Assembly: GCF_009914755.1 (NCBI RefSeq)
Contig: NC_060932.1
Strand: one strand, 5' to 3'
Source of the DNA: the human T2T-CHM13v2.0 reference genome, Homo sapiens
Length of the DNA: 64,000 nt
Shown: piece by piece, positions 58,209-64,000 of the stretch
How positions within the stretch are numbered: the first letter of the stretch is position 1
Layout: each line of letters starts with the position of its first letter
Translations under genes and position numbers: made by a program
The notes under the pieces: model-generated
The model's database searches: none
Told to the model about the DNA's origin: nothing
What the model saw: the letters and a program-made list of their open reading frames with translations, nothing else

Positions 58209-58841
58209 TGAAGTAGCTGGGATTCTAAACATCACCCCAAAGATTTCAATCCCTTGGTTATTTAATTAAACATGAACTTAAGTATTGCTATAAAAGCATT
58301 TATATAATTAAGATCAGGGGCCATAAAATGGCATTATCCTGGATATCGGATGGCCCCAGTCTAATCACATGAGCTCATAAGAGCAGAGGAGGATTTCTTT
58401 CTGGACCTAATAGGAGAGATTCAGCTACAGGAGAGAGCAAGGAACAGAAGAGGCAGAAGGGGAAGTGAGAAAGATGTGAATCATGAGAAACGTTCGACCC
58501 ACCGTTCCTGACTTTGAATAAGAAGGAAAAAAGCCACAGTTCAAGGAAAGTAATTAGCTTTTAAAAGCTGAGAGGGATCCCTGGTTAATAGCCAGCAGCC
58601 AACAGGGGCTCCAGTCCTGCAATCACATGGAATTGAATTCTGCCAACCACTTGAATGAGCTTGGACACGGATGCTTCCCAGAGCCTCCAAAAAGGAGTGC
58701 AGCCCTGCCAGCACCTGGATGTTAGCCCAGTGAGACCCATGTCAGCCTCCTGACCCACAGCACTGGGAATTGTAATTGTATGCTTTTCTAAACCACCCAA
58801 TTTGTGGTAATTTGCAACAGCAGCAATAGAAAACTAACACA
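58209..58841 (+). mobile_element. MLT1E-type LTR
   Basis: 'ctaatcacatgagc', 'ggaattgaattctgccaaccacttgaatgagcttgga'; ends 'gcagcaatagaaaactaacaca'. Confidence 0.85.
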
Positions 58842-60639
58842 TTTGTATACTTTTAACTATGCATCTCCCATATTTGTGCATTTTATACTTTTTTCTCTAC
58901 ATACAGGTTCCCTCATCTTTTTTGTGTATTCCATTCTGGCAGCCTCTGACTTTGCCTGCAGTCCTGAGTCACATGAGCCTTTCATCTAGTCTGGAACCTA
59001 TGATTAATTAAACCCATCTCCACATTTCACTTCCAAATTTCTAAGTGAGGGAAAATCAAATTTTGCCAACCCAATCACTGGGTTAAATCCCCCTGGTCAA
59101 GACACCGATTCCCACTCGGTCACATGGAAAAGACTCATGGAGAATGTTGACAGCTCATTCCAGGACTTGGAAGGCCAGGTTCCTGAAGTGGGTCAAAGTG
59201 AAGAGGATAAGATGTCAGGGAGGGAAGGAAGAAGCCTATCTGTAGTAGAGATATTTAGAAGACGTAAACTGCATGGGATAAATTCAAACTGATGACAATG
59301 TAGAACAGATTAAGATGCTGAGAAAAGGACATGTGGCAAGGAATAGGACTGTAATTTTTTTTACTAAATAACAGTTAGGTTTACATCTATTTTCTAAATC
59401 CAGAGAGGACTAAAATCAACACGAGACCCTCATTAATGCATATATAGGGGTTAATTATGAGTCTTTTGTGTAAGTAAGTGAGCTTGTGCTAAATGTATAC
59501 AAGTATGTATTGATCACTTTATTTTGCTGTTCATCAACTTTTTCCCCATTTTTTCAACCCTATAGGCTCAGCAAAATAAAATGGCAAGAGGCACAATGAA
59601 AAGCACAACCAGCTGAGATTAAGTTCTGCAAAGATTAGTTCTGGCACAGGTTTTATTTAATGTTGTAGAATAGTGACCTGGGGAAATAAAAATGCATCCA
59701 TTTGAGAAACTATTGACCAAACAAGAATAGAAATGCAACAAAATTCAAAGTGCAAAAGTGGATCTGGAAAATTGCATTCTGTGCAACTCAAGTAAACACT
59801 GACTTCATAAATCCAAATGTCCACCTCTGTTATGTAAAGCTTCCCCTTCAGTGCAGTTAGGGTGCTTGGCAATGCACGAGGTCAGTATGACTTATGCTGG
59901 ATAGGCAAACACTGAGCAGACATTTATGAATCCAATTTTTTATTTTTTGACTCTTCACCATCTATTGAAAACCCACATTTTGAGGCTCACTTTCTGTGAA
60001 ACTTTCTTGGCATTCTTGGACATAGTCCTCTTAGAAGGGTGCATGTTTTAGTGAAGAAAAGCACCCAAGAAGGAGAGTGGCTTAAACTGAAGAACAGTTG
60101 GATAACTTTTCATCAATGCATTTGCCATCAAATATAAGCATCAGTGTAACCATGAAAGACATAAGGTATTATAGAACCTAATTTTTAAAACTCAATTAAC
60201 TCAACAAATAGTTACTTGTTATCGATTACATGTCAAGAGCTGTTCTGAATGTTGGTGATACATGAGTGTGTAACTAAAATTAAGTTTTTGTCCTTGTGGA
60301 ACCTTGAACTGTCAGATAAAGAAATTGAAGTCCAGATAGCAGCTTGTCTAAAGCTACATGTTGTATTGAGATGGGGCTATAGAGTTGAGCTTCTGTCTCC
60401 ATATTCCTACTTCAACTGTGTTTGAAAGCAGATGGAATATACAACATAAATAACAACATAGAATGGAGCTCTTGTTGCATTACACTAAGGTACTACTTCT
60501 CTGTCATTTTTCTTCAGGAAAGAATTTGGCCACCTAAAAATAGTTTGTACCACTTTTAATAATATGGAAATTAAATTGAATTGAATTGTATAATAAAGAG
60601 CAAGCAGTTACTATTTTTAATTTAAAAAATAAAACTAGG

Positions 60640-62020
60640 TCAATAGATTTAACCACATGTGAGCTTGAGACCCATAAGGACAAATACCTACTGAACAACT
60701 GCACCTGGAAGTTACAGTTGATATTTTCAAGACTGAACTCATTACCTCTCTGAACATAGGTGACTCTCATATTTAGCATTTTGTTGAATAGCACCCTTCT
60801 CTTTCAAGCAGTGCCAGTCAAGAACCATGAGAATCATCCTGGATGTCTCCATCTGTTTGATCATTCTCCCTCAAGCCCTACCACACTGGCCCACGCAATG
60901 AATGAACTTCTAAGTTAATTTCATTTTATCTCTTGTGATGAATTATATTTTTGTTCTCAAACATTCCCTCCCCTTAAATGATTATATATCTCCATTCCTA
61001 GGGGGCTTGGCCATAAGAGTTGCTTTATCCAAAGGTGTATGAAAGGGTATGATATATGCTACATCGGTGCAAAAGCCTTAGTGTCATTGAATATTGGGGC
61101 CATTTTCTTTCCTTTCCTCTGTGCTATAATAATAGATGTTCTATATAGGGCTGTTCCTTCCGTTTAAGCCAAAGCATGAGAAGAGACATGAGCAAAGTCC
61201 CAATGACCTAGAGAAACCAAAGTGAGTGAGAAATAAGCCATTTTTGTAAGGCACTGAAAATTGGAGTGGTTTGTTACTGAACTATCTCCTAGAAGCAAAT
61301 GACTATAACCTCCTAACCTTTCTTATAACTGACGTCTTCCCTCCAGTCTCACTGTCACATCTTCACTCAGTCTGTCATCATTTCTTCCTGGAACCCTGGA
61401 ATATCATTAAGACTATTCACCTTTCTACCTTCATTCACCTCCCACTTGCAATCAATTCTCAATATGGAAAAAAATAGTGATGTTTCTAATTATAAATCTA
61501 TTTATTTGAAGTTATTTAAGATCTCCCAATCATTATTGTGGCAAAGTCCAACTCCTTCTCATTCAACAGATATGTCTTCCTAATCTCTTATGTAATTACT
61601 TTACCATCCTGATCACTGGGTATTTTAATGTTGAGATTCTAAATGCAGCCACATTGAAGAGTGTAAAGTTATGCAAAGACAGCTTAGGCATTCATGTACC
61701 TTCACGTATGTCAATTTTTTTCTGAAACATCTTTTATATCTTCAGCCACATAGTAAATTCTGATTCATCCCTTAAGAATGATCTCAACAACACGTGTCTT
61801 TCCTTATGTGTCCCCTTCTCTGTTCCTATAGTACTCTGTATATATGAGTGTTATCACATGAATTACACTTTGTACTGAGTGCTGTTTTAATTTTCTGTCT
61901 TCTCCTCTGAACGATGAGAAATTTGAGGAGAGGTGCATGTCTTACTAATTTGCACATTCCAAATGGCAAGCATAGAGCTTGGAACACAGCAGATAATAAA
62001 TGTTTGATGAAATGAATTTA
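60640..62020 (+). mobile_element. L2 remnant, interrupted by an MLT1J-like LTR
   Basis: L2-like 'actgaactcatt...agtcaagaaccatgagaatcatcctgga', 'caaagtccaactcct', and the 3' end 'ttggaacacagcagataataaatgtttgatgaaatgaat'. Confidence 0.6.
60934..61307 (+). mobile_element. MLT1J-like LTR
   Basis: 'ggcttggccata...ttgcttt...ggctgttccttc...tgagaagagacatg...gtgagtgagaaataagcc...tgtaaggcactgaaa...gtttgttactg'. Confidence 0.65.
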
Positions 62021-62439
62021 TTAAGTTATGAAAATATACTACATTGAAGCACTTGAGGACTTATCTATGTTTTGTTTATGTCTAAAATTTACCAAACCGC
62101 AAAATTTAGTGTTTGGGGCTTTCTGCCAATATTTCAATATTTAACACAATCTGTATTTTTGAACAGAAATAATTAGTTGGTTTATCTGTGTTCGCAATGA
62201 AAAGTGTTTTCTGTTCCTCATGAGCAGAACTTCATTGCCACCCTTGCCCCATAAGTGTAAGCTGGAAGGGTTTTTGTTTCCTTGTTGGTTTTCCAGGCGT
62301 GTTGTTCATCCTCCTACAGGCCTTGGAAAGATTTGCATGCCAACACTGACTTGCCTCTTCACCAGGCATCTTGATCCCACTGGATAATTTTAGTGAAAAT
62401 AAATATTCCAGTCTCACTGAAATAAGTATTAACATAACA

Positions 62440-62950
62440 GTGTGGTACCATGTGTCAACTGCAAACTAGCCAAAACAAAAATCAATGTTTGTAATGAGCA
62501 AAGGTTGAAATGACTGCTCTCATGCACTACTGGTAGACATATAAAATATCAAACACCTTCTAGCCTGCAATTTCACAATACTCATCAGCAGCCTCAAAAT
62601 AAACTTAGTTTCATCTGTATTAAGGAATATTTCTTTAAAAAGATCAAGTATGATTTTGATGGTCTCCCAATTTTCTGAGAACTGTCACTCAATTTTCCCT
62701 CTGTACTTATTAATGAAGATATTTATTTATGATGGTAGTATTAGTAATTTTGAAAATGTTGAAGGTGTTTAAATTTCTCTACTTCAGAAATTAGTTCAAT
62801 AAATAATAGTATGGCCCAAGATTGCGTGCTGTGCATCTATTTTCATGGTGTATCAAAGAATGTTTAATGCTATGTTAAAGCACTCTTGATGATAATGTTA
62901 AGTAAAACTGTGAGATGTGCAGCCTTATAGAAAATGCAGTCCCAATTATA
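62440..62950 (+). mobile_element. Old L1ME fragment
   Basis: Degraded L1 3' text 'ctctcatgcactactggtag...ataaa', 'gatataatgttaagtaaaa'. Confidence 0.5.
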
Positions 62951-63671
62951 TAAATATCCATTAATCCAATAAAGGTGTTTTAAGAACCTGCTATATGTGC
63001 CAGGCATTATGTTAGAAATCAGAGATAGAACTGGAGAAGGGAGTTAGGGGCAAAAAACAAAAACAAACAAAATATCCCAGGTCCTTAAAGAGAACGCCTA
63101 GAAAGAGTGACTTTCTCTGAATATGAGGTCATCATTGATTTATAGTTTGCCTTCCTTATTTGTTTATTTGCCAGACTTGTAGAGTAAACATATAGTACTT
63201 TTATCATGATTTATTAAGAAGAAAAATTATCACAATTATTCATCTCTATCAGCCAGGTCTAATTCAGCCAAAAAAAAACCCTGAAATCATAATTTGTAAC
63301 TAGTTCATCCTGAAAACCTCAGCAGGCAGCAAAGTAATGTACAATCAGATTAACTACACTGTGGTTCTCACACCCACTGTGGACATTATTTAATGCTTCT
63401 GTGGACAGAGTCCGGTAGGAACCCCTTTCCCAGGACAAATTACAGAGTGAAGAAAAGACGTGCATGCTGACCCTTCCAGTGTGCCTTCTCCTAGTATTTT
63501 CATCCTTGATTTTAAAATATTCTGAAAACAAATTTTGGACATGGATGTTGTCTTCACTGCACAGATACAGAAAAGGAGACTCTGAGAGTTAAGTTGCTTC
63601 CCAAGGTCACACAGTGTGTGAAACCAGATCTTCCTAATACCGAAATGTATTCTTTCAACTGCATTGCATCG

Positions 63672-63765
63672 TTCTTTCTTTCTTTCTTTCCTTCCCTCCT
63701 TCCCTCCATTCCTCCTTTCGTTACTTTCTTCTTCTCTTATTTCTTCCTTCCTTCCTTTCCCTCTC
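63672..63765. repeat. Pyrimidine-rich (CTTT/CCTT) low-complexity tract
   Basis: 'ttctttctttctttctttccttccctccttccctcc...cttccttccttcctttccc'. Confidence 0.85.
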
Positions 63766-64000
63766 TGTGTGCTAGGCACTCTTTTCACTAGGCATATAAT
63801 AAAGTTCTCAAGTATTCTGTGAGGCATTGCCCCCCACTTGTAGATTTCTAGAAACAAATCCCTTGGCAGAAGTGATGGAAAAAATAAGAAATAAAACGTG
63901 TAACTAAACGAACAAGGAAAACCATACATTTCTCCAGCCTGAAAACACTGAAATGGACTAGAACCAAATTCATATTAGAAAGAAAAGGTGATACATGGGT

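Noticed and set aside
63390-63929. 179-aa ORF, the longest non-L1 ORF
   Set aside because: Spans a purine-rich simple repeat and a MIR remnant (RIWFHTLCDLGKQLN); no domain or coding-like composition.

Overview
AT-rich, repeat-dense primate genomic DNA, most likely human or another great ape because it carries an L1PA2 and AluY copies. It looks intergenic or deep-intronic. I cannot support any host protein-coding exon, tRNA, rRNA, CpG island or prokaryotic-type system. The main element is a full-length (~6.03 kb) minus-strand L1PA2 at 44031-50065, with an open ORF1 and a disrupted ORF2, inserted into an AluSc. Other content: 15 Alus including that AluSc, a two-LTR MSTA-type MaLR with a nested L1PA fragment, solo ERVL/MaLR LTRs, old L1M/L2/MIR remnants, DNA-transposon fossils (MER53, Tigger2a, MADE1, MER5A), microsatellites, a 27-bp minisatellite and a 340-bp tandem duplication. 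The best leads are: (1) a MADE1 with a two-orientation loop at an apparent ~1.2 kb L1 deletion; (2) a perfect DUX4 consensus ~170 bp upstream of the L1PA2 promoter; (3) remodelled ORF0 and antisense splice donors in that L1; (4) a splice-flanked 340-bp duplication; (5) several candidate + strand non-coding exons and enhancer-like islands. Repeat subfamilies were assigned from remembered consensus sequences, and the boundaries of old elements are approximate. I found nothing I can claim as a demonstrably new biological system.
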